From Obrimoposthia wandeli (taxonomy: Eukaryota), in assembly GCA_977020255.1 (NCBI GenBank), contig CDROCS010004705.1:1-64000 (forward strand): 64,000 bases of DNA, read 5' to 3'. Position numbers and translations under genes: made by a program. The notes under the pieces are model-generated. The model did no database searches, had not been told where the DNA came from, and saw only the letters and a list, made by a program, of their open reading frames with translations. This document shows, piece after piece, positions 26,313 to 36,752 of this stretch (within the stretch, counting starts at the first letter, position 1; each line of letters starts with the position of its first letter).

Positions 26313-28322
26313 TTAGTTGATAGTAAATTGATCAATCATCTTCTTTTGCTGCTGTGCGAGTTGCGCCAATTGCTCACTACCTTGTGCACTTTGCTGGGCA
26401 TCTTGCGCACCTAGCTCTGCACTGGTGGCAATTTGTTGCACTGAAGCTGATATTTCAGAGCTTACAGCGGTTTGCTGTTCAGCTGCAGCTGCAATGCTAA
26501 TTGACATTTCACGAATATCATTAAGCTGCAATACCATGGTATTAAGAGATTTTTCAGCTTCGCTTGTTTGTTTAACGCTATTAGTGGCTTGTTGTTGGCT
26601 ACTGTCCATGATTTTAACGGCGTTTTGTGCACCTTGTTGTAGCTTTTCAATCATTGACTGAATTTCTTGTGTAGAGCTTTGTGTGCGACTTGCTAATGTT
26701 CTTACTTCATCGGCAACGACTGCAAAACCACGACCTTGTTCTCCAGCTCTAGCCGCTTCTATGGCAGCATTTAAGGCTAATAGATTAGTTTGACTAGCGA
26801 TGCCTTCTATCACAACTAAAATTTTACCAATATTAATAGTGTCTTCATGCAATTGATGTATAACGCCCGCTGATTTTTCAATCTCATCGGCCAGTGCTCC
26901 CACTCTTTCTACATTATCGAGCATGAGTAAGCGGTTTTTGTTCGCTGTATCATCAATTTCGGACACGTGCTGCTGTGCTTTACCTGCATTGCTAGCAACA
27001 TCACTAACGGTAGCCGACATTTCACTTATTGCCTGTGCTACTTGTATGGTTTGAGATTGTTGTGCACTCATCATCTGGCTAGTGCGGTGGTTGATTGTGG
27101 ATGCTTGTTTGGCTGATTCGTCAATTTTCTCTGCGGTGGAGTTTATTTCACGTATGACATGCGCTTGTTTATCTGCTAATTCATTCACATAAGCAGAGAG
27201 CTGGCCAAATTCATCATTTGAAGTGATGTCTAATCTTTTGCTTAAGTTACCGTTGGCGATGATCTTTAATATCGCATTTACTTTGGAAAGTGAATTACGA
27301 ATGTTACGGCTAACCCAAACACCAACGACTATTGCGATGAGTACTGAAATAATACTGATTACAGCATTTATGAGCTGGCTTGTATCGACCTGATCGTGAG
27401 TTTTTAGACTAGATGTGGAGACAAGTTCTTGTGCATCTAGCATTAATTGATTTAAGGCATCACTGCTTTGGTTGGCGCTTACAGAAAAGTTTTGTATTAA
27501 GGTTAATTGCTTCGCATTGAGTGCTAGTTTTTGGCGTTGTGTTTTTGCCACACCATCAGGTGCTGTTGCTGCACTTTCAATCGCGGTCATAAATTTTTGC
27601 AAATCTGGCGCCATTTCGTTGCCATTATCAACGAGCTTTCCTAACCGAGCTTTGAGTCCTAGTAAAGTAAAACCATATTCGGTGCTGGTAAATGATTGTT
27701 CAATTGGAATAATAGTAGCGAGGTCTTGAGCTGCTAATAATTTTTCAAATTGAGTTTGCACTGTCTTCAAGTTTTTTTGTATTTGTCGACCAAGCACTTT
27801 TTCAGATTCGCTCATGCCATAAGTGATGATAGTTTCTAAATCACCTTTAAAAAAGCGAATGTCATTATTTAAAACCAAACTGGTGTCTTCAAGTTGCAGT
27901 TCTAAATCTAAACTTTTTTGATGGAGCTTTAAGGCATCATTTGCGGTTGAAAAGTAATTGCTGGCTTGTGTGTCTAGCTGCTCTATCGTTTGTAATAAAC
28001 CTGGAAAATCATGTGCTAGCTCGAGTAATTCTTTGCGTTGCTGCATATAGCTTGTTTGTTTTTTCTCGAAAATACTATGCTGCATTTCGAGCTCTTTCTT
28101 ATCAGTGGCTCCCATGAAAATTAGTATGGCTTTGTTGGAAGAGAGTAACGAGACAGCCATATCGGCGCTGTGTAGGATAATGGGGTTGATTTGTTTCGCT
28201 GTTTTGTCTAATTGGAGGCTGATTGTATTTAAATTTATATACGAATTGCCACTGAGTGCTAGCAGAAGAACCACTAATAAAGCGAAACCACCGGCGATAC
28301 GTTGAGTAACTGTCATATTCAT
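26313..28322 (-). CDS. Methyl-accepting chemotaxis protein
   Basis: Two TMs, HAMP domain, [31 protein letters not shown]. Confidence 0.97.
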   Translation of the reverse strand: MNMTVTQRIAGGFALLVVLLLALSGNSYINLNTISLQLDKTAKQINPIILHSADMAVSLLSSNKAILIFMGATDKKELEMQHSIFEKKQTSYMQQRKELLELAHDFPGLLQTIEQLDTQASNYFSTANDALKLHQKSLDLELQLEDTSLVLNNDIRFFKGDLETIITYGMSESEKVLGRQIQKNLKTVQTQFEKLLAAQDLATIIPIEQSFTSTEYGFTLLGLKARLGKLVDNGNEMAPDLQKFMTAIESAATAPDGVAKTQRQKLALNAKQLTLIQNFSVSANQSSDALNQLMLDAQELVSTSSLKTHDQVDTSQLINAVISIISVLIAIVVGVWVSRNIRNSLSKVNAILKIIANGNLSKRLDITSNDEFGQLSAYVNELADKQAHVIREINSTAEKIDESAKQASTINHRTSQMMSAQQSQTIQVAQAISEMSATVSDVASNAGKAQQHVSEIDDTANKNRLLMLDNVERVGALADEIEKSAGVIHQLHEDTINIGKILVVIEGIASQTNLLALNAAIEAARAGEQGRGFAVVADEVRTLASRTQSSTQEIQSMIEKLQQGAQNAVKIMDSSQQQATNSVKQTSEAEKSLNTMVLQLNDIREMSISIAAAAEQQTAVSSEISASVQQIATSAELGAQDAQQSAQGSEQLAQLAQQQKKMIDQFTIN

Positions 28323-28476
28323 TATTGTAGCGTCTTAATTTGTAGCGAAACCAAGTTTTTCCTTAAACTTACCCACATCTAACAAGCGTCATTTTATCCA
28401 TTGAAATGACATTGAAAAAAACATACAGATATAAAGTATAGTAGATCACACTAACTATAGCATTCATACTAAAGGA

Positions 28477-28581
28477 CTAGCAGTCTGTCTAACTTAACAC
28501 TAATCTACTGCGAAAAATCGGAATTTGGCCATATTTTCTGCTTTTTCTCGCTACGATCGGCCAAGCCCGACAGACTGCTAG
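28477..28581. mobile_element. MITE-like 105-bp element with terminal inverted repeats
   Basis: Perfect 13-bp TIR ctagcagtctgtc / gacagactgctag with CTAG at both ends; no transposase. Confidence 0.5.
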
Positions 28582-28775
28582 AAAGAATGCTTAAAAACCA
28601 GATGCTACAGATACATTAAGTAGAGAAGTTAATAACACAGTAATTAATCCAAGTTTAAGTTTAAGCAGTTGGTTATGAAAATATTGCAGCTCAAAGGAAG
28701 CATTTTTAATTATCTCATGCTATTTATTTAGTTTTTTTGTTATGCTGCATCAAATGGAAATTATAGGGGAAACAA

Positions 28776-29720
28776 ATGGCAGGAGCTAGTTTACTTACCT
28801 TGCTAGATGACATCGCTACCGTGTTAGATGATGTTGCTATTTTGAGTAAGGTTGCGGTTAAAAAAACCGCAGGTGTGTTAGGAGATGATTTAGCGCTCAA
28901 CGCTGAGCAAGTTGCAGGTGTAAGGGCAGAGAGAGAGATTCCTGTTGTTTTAGCGGTGGCCAAAGGCTCGTTTAAAAACAAGTTTATTTTAGTACCAGCG
29001 GCATTATTAATTAGTGCATTTATCCCTTGGTTAATTACTCCGTTATTGATGATCGGCGGTGCGTTTTTGTGTTATGAAGGTAGTGAGAAAGTTTGGCATG
29101 CGCTCACACATAAAAAAGATAAAGCTAGCTACGAGGATAAGGTGGAAGAGCTTGCGAGCGTTGTTGATAACGAAGAAGACCTTGTAAAGTTAGAAGATGA
29201 AAAGATTAAAGGTGCTATACGTACCGATTTTATTTTATCGGCAGAAATTATCGTGATTGCTTTAGGTACAGTGCAACAAGCTAATATTACCACTCAGATA
29301 TTAGTAGTGTCGCTGGTGGCTATTATGATTACTTTTGTGGTTTATGGATTGGTTGCTTTGATCGTCAAAATGGATGATGCGGGAATCTATTTGTTAAAAA
29401 AAGACTCAACGTCAAAGTATTTAAAACTGCAACATGCTGTAGGGGCTGCTCTATTGAGTTTCGCACCCAAGTTGATGAAGTCTTTAACCTATATAGGCAC
29501 CGCGGCAATGTTTTTAGTTGGTGGCGGAATTATTGTACATGGCGTGCCAATGCTTGCTTCTATTGCACATGAAATAGAGCAATCAATGATATTAATACCG
29601 AACGTTGGTGCTATTTTAAATGTTATTATACCGTCTGTTTTTGCAGCGTTTATTGGCATTCTTCTAGGGGCTGCATTGTTAGCGGTGCACGAAATGGTTA
29701 ATAAGGTGAGAGGTGTTTAA
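28776..29720 (+). CDS. yedI: DUF808 (YedI) inner-membrane protein
   Basis: LLDDIA...KKTAGVLGDDLALNAEQV...RE(I)PVV, AIRTDFILSAEI. Confidence 0.9.
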   Translation: MAGASLLTLLDDIATVLDDVAILSKVAVKKTAGVLGDDLALNAEQVAGVRAEREIPVVLAVAKGSFKNKFILVPAALLISAFIPWLITPLLMIGGAFLCYEGSEKVWHALTHKKDKASYEDKVEELASVVDNEEDLVKLEDEKIKGAIRTDFILSAEIIVIALGTVQQANITTQILVVSLVAIMITFVVYGLVALIVKMDDAGIYLLKKDSTSKYLKLQHAVGAALLSFAPKLMKSLTYIGTAAMFLVGGGIIVHGVPMLASIAHEIEQSMILIPNVGAILNVIIPSVFAAFIGILLGAALLAVHEMVNKVRGV

Positions 29721-29861
29721 TCGATGTTTGATAGTGATTTTAGGTAAAGCCTAAATTACTAGCAAAAGTACTTTTTATTAAAGTAAACTGATGTGTTGTT
29801 TATAGCTCGCTTCAAAAATGAAAGCGAGCTTTAACGAGAGGGTATTACAAGTTTACTTGTT

Positions 29862-30716
29862 TTATTCTTCGTCTAATTCTTTTAAGCGTTCTTTACGTGC
29901 GCTTTCTTCTTCTAGAATAGCTTTTATTTCATCCATCACAGAATCTACATTGGCGCTGTGCGTATCGTGCTTGAATTTGCCAGTTAACTCTGTATCGATA
30001 AAAAGCTCACCGTTTTCATATTTTTCCCACATCTCTTGCGCATAATGGCTTTGTAAAAGCTCAGGCGCGAAGAGTCCAAAATAATTAGTCATATTGGCTA
30101 CATCACGAATTAGCATTGATTTAGCGTGGTTATTTGCCGCTGCGTCAACTGCTTGAGGTAAATCAATAATAACAGGACCGTATTGATCAACTAATACATT
30201 AAATTCAGATAAATCACCATGAACGATACCAGCACAAAGCATGCGCATGATATATGTCATGAGCAAAGCGTGGTCTTCGCAAGCTTGTTCTGGTGACATC
30301 GTAACATCGCCTAAGCGTGGTGCTACATCGCCGTTTTCATCGACTATTAATTCCATCAATAAAACGCCATCAAGGCAACCAAAGGTTTCAGGCACGCGCA
30401 CGTTAGCAGCAGCTAGCTTGGAAAGCGCATCGATTTCAGCGTTTTGCCAACTCGACTCTTGTTGTTTGCGTCCGTATTTTGAGCCTTTTTCCATAGCTCT
30501 ACCGCGACGACTGTTGCGTACTTTTCGGCCTTCTTGGTAATTCACAGCTTTCTTAAAACTACGCTGAGCTGCGTCTTTGTAGACTTTTGCACAACGTGTT
30601 TGATTATCACAGCGAACGACGTAAACGTCAGCTTCTTTTCCGCTCATTAATCGAGAGATAACTTCGTCGATCAATCCGTCGTCGACTAGGGGTTGTATGC
30701 GTTTTGGAGTTTTCAT
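29862..30716 (-). CDS. RIO1-family serine kinase
   Basis: MKTPKRIQPLVDDG, SGKEADVY, VHGDLSEFNVL, IIDLPQAV. Confidence 0.92.
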   Translation of the reverse strand: MKTPKRIQPLVDDGLIDEVISRLMSGKEADVYVVRCDNQTRCAKVYKDAAQRSFKKAVNYQEGRKVRNSRRGRAMEKGSKYGRKQQESSWQNAEIDALSKLAAANVRVPETFGCLDGVLLMELIVDENGDVAPRLGDVTMSPEQACEDHALLMTYIMRMLCAGIVHGDLSEFNVLVDQYGPVIIDLPQAVDAAANNHAKSMLIRDVANMTNYFGLFAPELLQSHYAQEMWEKYENGELFIDTELTGKFKHDTHSANVDSVMDEIKAILEEESARKERLKELDEE

Positions 30717-31123
30717 GGCGCCTTTATACTGTATCTAATGTGTCGATGGAAATATTTTTACTAAAAATGTCGTAGAAAATGTGATTCTAAGCTATCTCCT
30801 TGGAATAAGATAACTATACGACACTTATAGCACAAAATACGCAAAAACGCCGTGATTGGATGCGATATATTTTATAAGAAACTCAATATAATTAAACTGT
30901 TATTGTGTATATCGTTAAAGCGTCTATCTATCTGTATAACGATGTTCGGTGCTTATTAAGATGTGTTTCCCACAGTAAAGTCGCTAGTTCGCATGCAGCA
31001 ACAGGTGGCAGCTGCGAGGTTACGTTATTTGGAGTAATCAAACATGTTTATAGTGGCGCCGATCTGAAATTACTTCTGAACTCCCACTATTATGCTCTGC
31101 ATGGATAAAGATTGTTAATAAGC

Positions 31124-31819
31124 TTAGTAAGTATAGTCACTTATTTTTACTTTGTTGATGAGCGCTCTTAATTTATTTAAGGATCCTAGTGTTGAGTTTT
31201 GCAGTTGGGAGTTGACTAATAAAGGTGGAATGCTGCCAGCAGGTTCTATCCATGCCGTATAGGTTATTTTAGTAAGTGCTGTTTTTGTCGTGCTATTAGG
31301 TGAGTTGTTATTTAGCGTAGTAAGTTGCCATTGAGCACGCGTATTGATTACTCTTACAAGTGCAGGTGATTTAGGGTGTTTATCAGTGCACGATGTAATC
31401 GAAATAGTAGTGATTTGCTCAGCAAACAAAGTGCTAACACAAGTAATTAACTCTCTATCTTTGAATGGCCAAGGTGAGTCAATGACAGAGCGAATTAAAA
31501 AATTATTATTGTCATATAATTCTAAGCTTTCAATACTGCTTAGCTGGTCGAACCATTGCGGGGTTAGTGCTAAATCAGATAACACTCTAAAAATTAATGC
31601 TCTTGATTTATGGCTATAAAATGTTGCTTGCACTTGCAGAAATTCGCTGTTATCTACAGCGCTCAATTTGATAGAGATAGGGCTGGTTATGTCTGAGTTT
31701 TTGCTAGTATCACTGGATTGTAATACACGCGTTGTTTTGAGATTAGAGCAACCGCTAAGCAATAAAATGCTAGTGAAGCAGGCAAAGACAATAGCGTAAT
31801 AATATCGAGTAGAATTCAT
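31124..31819 (-). CDS. START-domain lipoprotein
   Basis: Lipobox LSGC; PWPFKDRE and EPAGSIP motifs. Confidence 0.75.
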   Translation of the reverse strand: MNSTRYYYAIVFACFTSILLLSGCSNLKTTRVLQSSDTSKNSDITSPISIKLSAVDNSEFLQVQATFYSHKSRALIFRVLSDLALTPQWFDQLSSIESLELYDNNNFLIRSVIDSPWPFKDRELITCVSTLFAEQITTISITSCTDKHPKSPALVRVINTRAQWQLTTLNNNSPNSTTKTALTKITYTAWIEPAGSIPPLLVNSQLQNSTLGSLNKLRALINKVKISDYTY

Positions 31820-31986
31820 TATCAAATACCTAGCTAGCAGAAAAATAAGAGTGATTACAATGGTCGAGTATGAATTTGATTTTTGAAAAGTATCAGTACA
31901 TAGTAATTTTAAAATCATTATACAAAAGATACTATGTAGCACAATAGAGCATTATTAAGTGAATATAAGTTTGCGGAGACTAAAGT

Positions 31987-33315
31987 ATGGATAGCTTTAC
32001 TGTAAAAAGAGTATTAGGCGCAAGTTTATGCGCCATGTTGTTAACGGCTTGTTCTACGGATAAGACGTGGTTAGAGCCAACGGGCAATGCAGCAAGTGTG
32101 CCTAAAGAGAAAAATCAGCCATTTGAGCAATACATCAGTGAAAGTCGTGAGAATATAAGAAATGTGCTGAGTAAAGTGCGTTTTAAAGATGGAGAGTCTC
32201 CTTACGTAGGCGGATATAACCTAGAGCAAGTGGTTGATATGCGCGCTCCGTTTCAAATTCCAGCGGCTTCATCTGCGTTATGTACTGACACAACTAAAGG
32301 GGCAGGAAAAGGCTTTTTGTTGATACATGGACTGACGGATTCTCCATTTTTATTGAAAGACATGGCTAATTCGTTAGCCATAGAATACCCATGTGCATTG
32401 ATTCGTGCAGTGCTATTGCCAGGTCATGGCACGGTTGTGGGTGATTCATTAACTATGCGCTACCAAGATTGGCAAGGTATTACTGAATATGGTGTCAATA
32501 GTTTTAATCAAGACAGTGGCGTGCAAGATTTGTATTTGGTGGGCTTTTCAACTGGAACAGCATTAGCTATTAAACATTTACAGGAAGGTGAAAGTCAGCA
32601 GAAAATTAAAGGATTGATATTGCTCTCTGCTGCGGTGAAAGCATCAAGTAATATGGCTTGGTTAGCCAGTTATGTGAAAGTGTTTAAAAGCTGGTTAGAG
32701 GTTAAAAAAGAGCGCGATGCGGCAAGGTATTCATCGTTTAGCTTTAATGCAGGATCGCAATTTTATGAGTTAACTAAAAACCTAGATGATGAAAAATATA
32801 AAGTTGATATCCCATTGTTGATGGCGGTTAGTGCAGATGACGCGACTATTAATGCAGTGGCTGCGCGGGAGTTTTTCTGTAACAAAGTAAGTTCTGAGCG
32901 AAAGCTGTTGCTTTGGTATAAAGGGTTTTCAAATCAACAAATGCCAAGTTGTGCAGGTATTCGTGAAATAGCTAAACCGAATATCACACAAACTCACCAA
33001 GGGCAGACTTATCAATATGCTAATTTAGCGCACACCGGTATATCCGTTAGCCCTGATAATGCGCACTATGGTGCTGCTGGTAAATATCGAGATTGTAAAG
33101 CTTACGAGCAAGATGGGGATGATAATCAATGGAACATGTGCATGAAAGATGAAGGGCGCAGAGTTTTTGCTGAAAAAAATGTGGCGAATATGCAAGAAGT
33201 GCTCGGCGAGGGTGGCATGTGGCGCAGAGGAACATTTAATAAAGACTATCAGCAACTAGTCGGGAGTATTCGTTGTTTTGTCGATAATCAATGTGATTTA
33301 AATACGATAAAATAG
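31987..33315 (+). CDS. Alpha/beta hydrolase lipoprotein
   Basis: Lipobox LTAC; IHGLTDSPF, LLPGHGT, GFSTG nucleophile elbow. Confidence 0.85.
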   Translation: MDSFTVKRVLGASLCAMLLTACSTDKTWLEPTGNAASVPKEKNQPFEQYISESRENIRNVLSKVRFKDGESPYVGGYNLEQVVDMRAPFQIPAASSALCTDTTKGAGKGFLLIHGLTDSPFLLKDMANSLAIEYPCALIRAVLLPGHGTVVGDSLTMRYQDWQGITEYGVNSFNQDSGVQDLYLVGFSTGTALAIKHLQEGESQQKIKGLILLSAAVKASSNMAWLASYVKVFKSWLEVKKERDAARYSSFSFNAGSQFYELTKNLDDEKYKVDIPLLMAVSADDATINAVAAREFFCNKVSSERKLLLWYKGFSNQQMPSCAGIREIAKPNITQTHQGQTYQYANLAHTGISVSPDNAHYGAAGKYRDCKAYEQDGDDNQWNMCMKDEGRRVFAEKNVANMQEVLGEGGMWRRGTFNKDYQQLVGSIRCFVDNQCDLNTIK

Positions 33316-33377
33316 GATGCGTTAAGTATTTAAAAGCTTTCATTAAATAAAGTAATCTATCAAGAATTAGGTGAGAA

Positions 33378-34205
33378 ATGCCAGAATTGCCCGAAGTAGA
33401 AACAACATGTCGCGGAATAGCTCCACACATTGAAGGGGCTAGTGTTTTCAAAGTAGTGATTAGGCAGCCACAATTGCGCTGGTTAATTCCTTTGCATATA
33501 AAAAAGGATTTAATCAATCTTACCTTATTGCATGTAAAGCGACGTGCTAAGTATATTTTACTTAATTTTTCAACGGGCAGTTTGATTATACACTTAGGCA
33601 TGTCAGGTAGTTTACGAGTGTTGTTAAGCGCGCAAGAACCTTTAAAACACGATCATTTTGATTTGCTATTTGATAATGGTGTGACGCTAAGGCTGACTGA
33701 TCCTAGAAGGTTTGGTGCGGTTTTATGGCAAGAGGGTGAAAAAAATCATTCCTTGTTAGAAAAATTAGGGCCAGAGCCATTAACTGAAAATTTTGATGTC
33801 GACACATTTATTCAAGCTGCAAACAAACGTAAAGTGGCCGTGAAGCAATTTATAATGGACAACAAAGTAGTGGTAGGGGTGGGTAATATTTACGCGGCTG
33901 AGGCGTTGTTTGCTGCGCAAATTCATCCTGAATCGCCTGTTAATAAAATATCAAAAGCTAAATTTACAAAGCTAGTAGGCGCTATAAAATATATTTTGGG
34001 CGTGGCGATTGAAAGGGGAGGGACCACCTTAAAAGATTTTGTGGGAGGAGATGGCAAGCCTGGATACTTTGCGCAAGAGTTACAAGTGTATGGTCGTAAA
34101 GGCCAGAGCTGTAATTTATGTCAAAAACCATTGAGCGAAATCAAGCAAGGTCAACGCTCAACGGTCTTTTGTCCACATTGCCAACGGTTGCCTCGCGGCA
34201 AGTGA
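33378..34205 (+). CDS. mutM: Formamidopyrimidine-DNA glycosylase
   Basis: MPELPEVET start, HLGMSG, GVGNIYA, C-terminal zinc finger. Confidence 0.98.
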   Translation: MPELPEVETTCRGIAPHIEGASVFKVVIRQPQLRWLIPLHIKKDLINLTLLHVKRRAKYILLNFSTGSLIIHLGMSGSLRVLLSAQEPLKHDHFDLLFDNGVTLRLTDPRRFGAVLWQEGEKNHSLLEKLGPEPLTENFDVDTFIQAANKRKVAVKQFIMDNKVVVGVGNIYAAEALFAAQIHPESPVNKISKAKFTKLVGAIKYILGVAIERGGTTLKDFVGGDGKPGYFAQELQVYGRKGQSCNLCQKPLSEIKQGQRSTVFCPHCQRLPRGK

Positions 34206-34218
34206 TGAGGGTACAGTT

Positions 34219-34956
34219 TTAAATCTCATCTTCCTCGTCTTCTAACGCTTCAAGACGTGCTTGTTCTAGAGCAGCTTCTTGTGCTTCATACACTGATTTC
34301 AAAAGCTCCATGTGCTTATGGATTTCAAAAACTTGGCTGTCTAGAGCTTCACATTGGTTTATATTACCCAGTGCTTGTAAAGCAATGTTGAATTTATGGT
34401 AGCTTGCTTTTTCGCCACTAAATTTTTCGGCTTGAATTGCCTCTAAAATTTGAAGATCACAAGCAACTCGATCGAATGCGTCTTTGGTTTGCCAGCCTAA
34501 CTCATTGAAATCGGATTCAGAAATTTGCTTTGATTTACTCAATTCCGCTAACCAGTTTGTGGTTGCTTTCAATTGGCTCAGAGCATGCTGCACTTGACCT
34601 TCATCATCAAAAATATTCATAGACCCTTGAGGGTGATTATTGGTGAATACTTTATTTTTAATACGCTCTTGAAAAGCGTTATGAGAACGCTGACTCTCAT
34701 CTGTAACATGTAAATTATGTAACTTTTGCCATTTGTTATTAATGTAGCGGCTGATAAAGTCATGTAGCTCAGTCGTCATGAACATTTGAGGAACGCCTTT
34801 ATAGATATTTAACGCGTTTCTGATGGTGCTTTTATAAGACATTATTTTGAGCTTTTTCGCTCTTTTTCGCTCCTCTACTGACTGAATGGTGTAAGCAATA
34901 GAGCCGAGAATGACAATAATGCCAATAATCAGCATAACGGTTGATGTTTGTCCCAT
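34219..34956 (-). CDS. Hypothetical protein, single N-terminal TM
   Basis: 245-aa ORF with RBS AGGT; hydrophobic N-terminus and helical body. Confidence 0.75.
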   Translation of the reverse strand: MGQTSTVMLIIGIIVILGSIAYTIQSVEERKRAKKLKIMSYKSTIRNALNIYKGVPQMFMTTELHDFISRYINNKWQKLHNLHVTDESQRSHNAFQERIKNKVFTNNHPQGSMNIFDDEGQVQHALSQLKATTNWLAELSKSKQISESDFNELGWQTKDAFDRVACDLQILEAIQAEKFSGEKASYHKFNIALQALGNINQCEALDSQVFEIHKHMELLKSVYEAQEAALEQARLEALEDEEDEI

Positions 34957-35380
34957 AGGTGACTCACTTATTATTAGCGTAATAAATATGATTATCTATT
35001 ACCAAGAGTTTATATCTGCCTTAAATATTTGATGAAATACAAATGCATAGTCTATCAGTTAATCTAGTGCGCTGCGTTTTCATCCAGTAGAGCGTGATGA
35101 CGGATACTTAGCTCTTTAAATTTTAGCATGTTGATGCTGTTTGTGATCCAGTATAACTGACTCAGATTATACATAAAGTTTAGTTCATAATATTATCTAT
35201 GTAATAAAATCATGAACATGCGTTTAGAAGTTGTACTACAAGCAGTTACAGCTTAGCTACTGTTAAGTTAATATCATATGAAAGTACCGATTATAAGTGC
35301 GCGCTCAGTACAAATAATCGACAACTGAGAAAGAAGAAGTGGATGATTGCATTATATTTTAAATAAAGATGTAAAATTAC

Positions 35381-35419
35381 TTGACGCTATCTCTGTTGTC
35401 GATATAAAATCTGCCCCGC
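35381..35419 (+). promoter_or_regulatory. Promoter of tRNA cluster 1
   Basis: TTGACG, AT-rich -10 (TATAAAAT), GC-rich discriminator CTGCCCCG. Confidence 0.6.
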
Positions 35420-35449
35420 ATTTGAGCAGAGATGTTTAATTGTTATGTT

Positions 35450-35525
35450 GTCCCATTCGTCTAGTGGTCTAGGACACCGCCCTTTCACGGCGGTAACAGG
35501 GGTTCGAACCCCCTATGGGACGCCA
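35450..35525 (+). tRNA. tRNA-Glu(TTC)
   Basis: 76-nt cloverleaf, anticodon loop CTTTCAC, CCA end. Confidence 0.98.
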
Positions 35526-35556
35526 TTATAAGTCTACGTAGTATTTTACGTTGATC

Positions 35557-35632
35557 GCGGGAATAGCTCAGTTGGTAGAGCGCGACCTTGCCAAGGTCGA
35601 GGTCGCCGGTTCGAACCCGGTTTCCCGCTCCA
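35557..35632 (+). tRNA. tRNA-Gly(GCC)
   Basis: 76 nt, anticodon loop TTGCCAA, CCA end. Confidence 0.98.
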
Positions 35633-35653
35633 AGTTACAGATAGATTTGTTAC

Positions 35654-35729
35654 GTCCCATTCGTCTAGTGGTCTAGGACACCGCCCTTTCACGGCGGTAA
35701 CAGGGGTTCGAACCCCCTATGGGACGCCA
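35654..35729 (+). tRNA. tRNA-Glu(TTC)
   Basis: Identical to 35450-35525. Confidence 0.98.
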
Positions 35730-35763
35730 TTTTAAATCTGTAGAGTAAAGTATTATATTGATC

Positions 35764-35839
35764 GCGGGAATAGCTCAGTTGGTAGAGCGCGACCTTGCCA
35801 AGGTCGAGGTCGCCGGTTCGAACCCGGTTTCCCGCTCCA
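35764..35839 (+). tRNA. tRNA-Gly(GCC)
   Basis: Identical to 35557-35632. Confidence 0.98.
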
Positions 35840-35859
35840 AGTTACAGTTAGATTTTTAC

Positions 35860-35935
35860 GTCCCATTCGTCTAGTGGTCTAGGACACCGCCCTTTCACGG
35901 CGGTAACAGGGGTTCGAACCCCCTATGGGACGCCA
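35860..35935 (+). tRNA. tRNA-Glu(TTC)
   Basis: Identical to 35450-35525. Confidence 0.98.
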
Positions 35936-36156
35936 TTTCTAATGCGTTTTCTTATCTCTTCTATCTTTTCAATACACTCTCTAAGCTTTACCACTCGTTT
36001 TATTAATCTTTAATTTTTCTTTTGTTAGTTGCCTGCGCTGTTTATTTTTTTAGCGTTATGGGTGAGCTAAATTTTCTCGCTATTTAAGTAATTTTAACAG
36101 CTGTATTTAAAGGGTTTTTAAGGAAAGCTTAAAAAGGATTAAATGCGAAACTTGTG

Positions 36157-36185
36157 TTGACAAAGATGCCATAGCTCAATATTAT
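36157..36185 (+). promoter_or_regulatory. Promoter of tRNA cluster 2
   Basis: TTGACA-17-TATTAT followed by ACGCG. Confidence 0.75.
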
Positions 36186-36214
36186 ACGCGACTTCCTCAT
36201 TGAGGAAATATGTT

Positions 36215-36290
36215 GTCCCATTCGTCTAGTGGTCTAGGACACCGCCCTTTCACGGCGGTAACAGGGGTTCGAACCCCCTATGGGACGCCA
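36215..36290 (+). tRNA. tRNA-Glu(TTC)
   Basis: Identical copy. Confidence 0.98.
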
Positions 36291-36321
36291 TTATAAGTCT
36301 ACGTAGAATTTTACGTTGATC

Positions 36322-36397
36322 GCGGGAATAGCTCAGTTGGTAGAGCGCGACCTTGCCAAGGTCGAGGTCGCCGGTTCGAACCCGGTTTCCCGCTCCA
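36322..36397 (+). tRNA. tRNA-Gly(GCC)
   Basis: Identical copy. Confidence 0.98.
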
Positions 36398-36418
36398 AGT
36401 TACAGATAGATTTGTTAC

Positions 36419-36494
36419 GTCCCATTCGTCTAGTGGTCTAGGACACCGCCCTTTCACGGCGGTAACAGGGGTTCGAACCCCCTATGGGACGCCA
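36419..36494 (+). tRNA. tRNA-Glu(TTC)
   Basis: Identical copy. Confidence 0.98.
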
Positions 36495-36752
36495 TTTCTC
36501 CAGTCATAAAATTATCTTCCTCTACTTTTTCTATTTACTCGTATACTGTTAAATTAATAAAACTAATTGTCTAATAACTTGTAATTAAGTGTTTCATTAC
36601 TAATCATTTTTTACTTTTCGTCGATATGTATTATAGTTATACAGCTTGATTTAAAAACAGCAGGCAATTGATCACTACTGTTGAGTTATAGAGTGAAATT
36701 GACTAATTAAAAATGGATATTTGCTAAGTATTAAAATTGAGAGGGACACAGA

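Noticed and set aside
35450-36494. tRNA-anchored genomic island or prophage
   Set aside because: No integrase, att duplication or phage genes beside either tRNA cluster.
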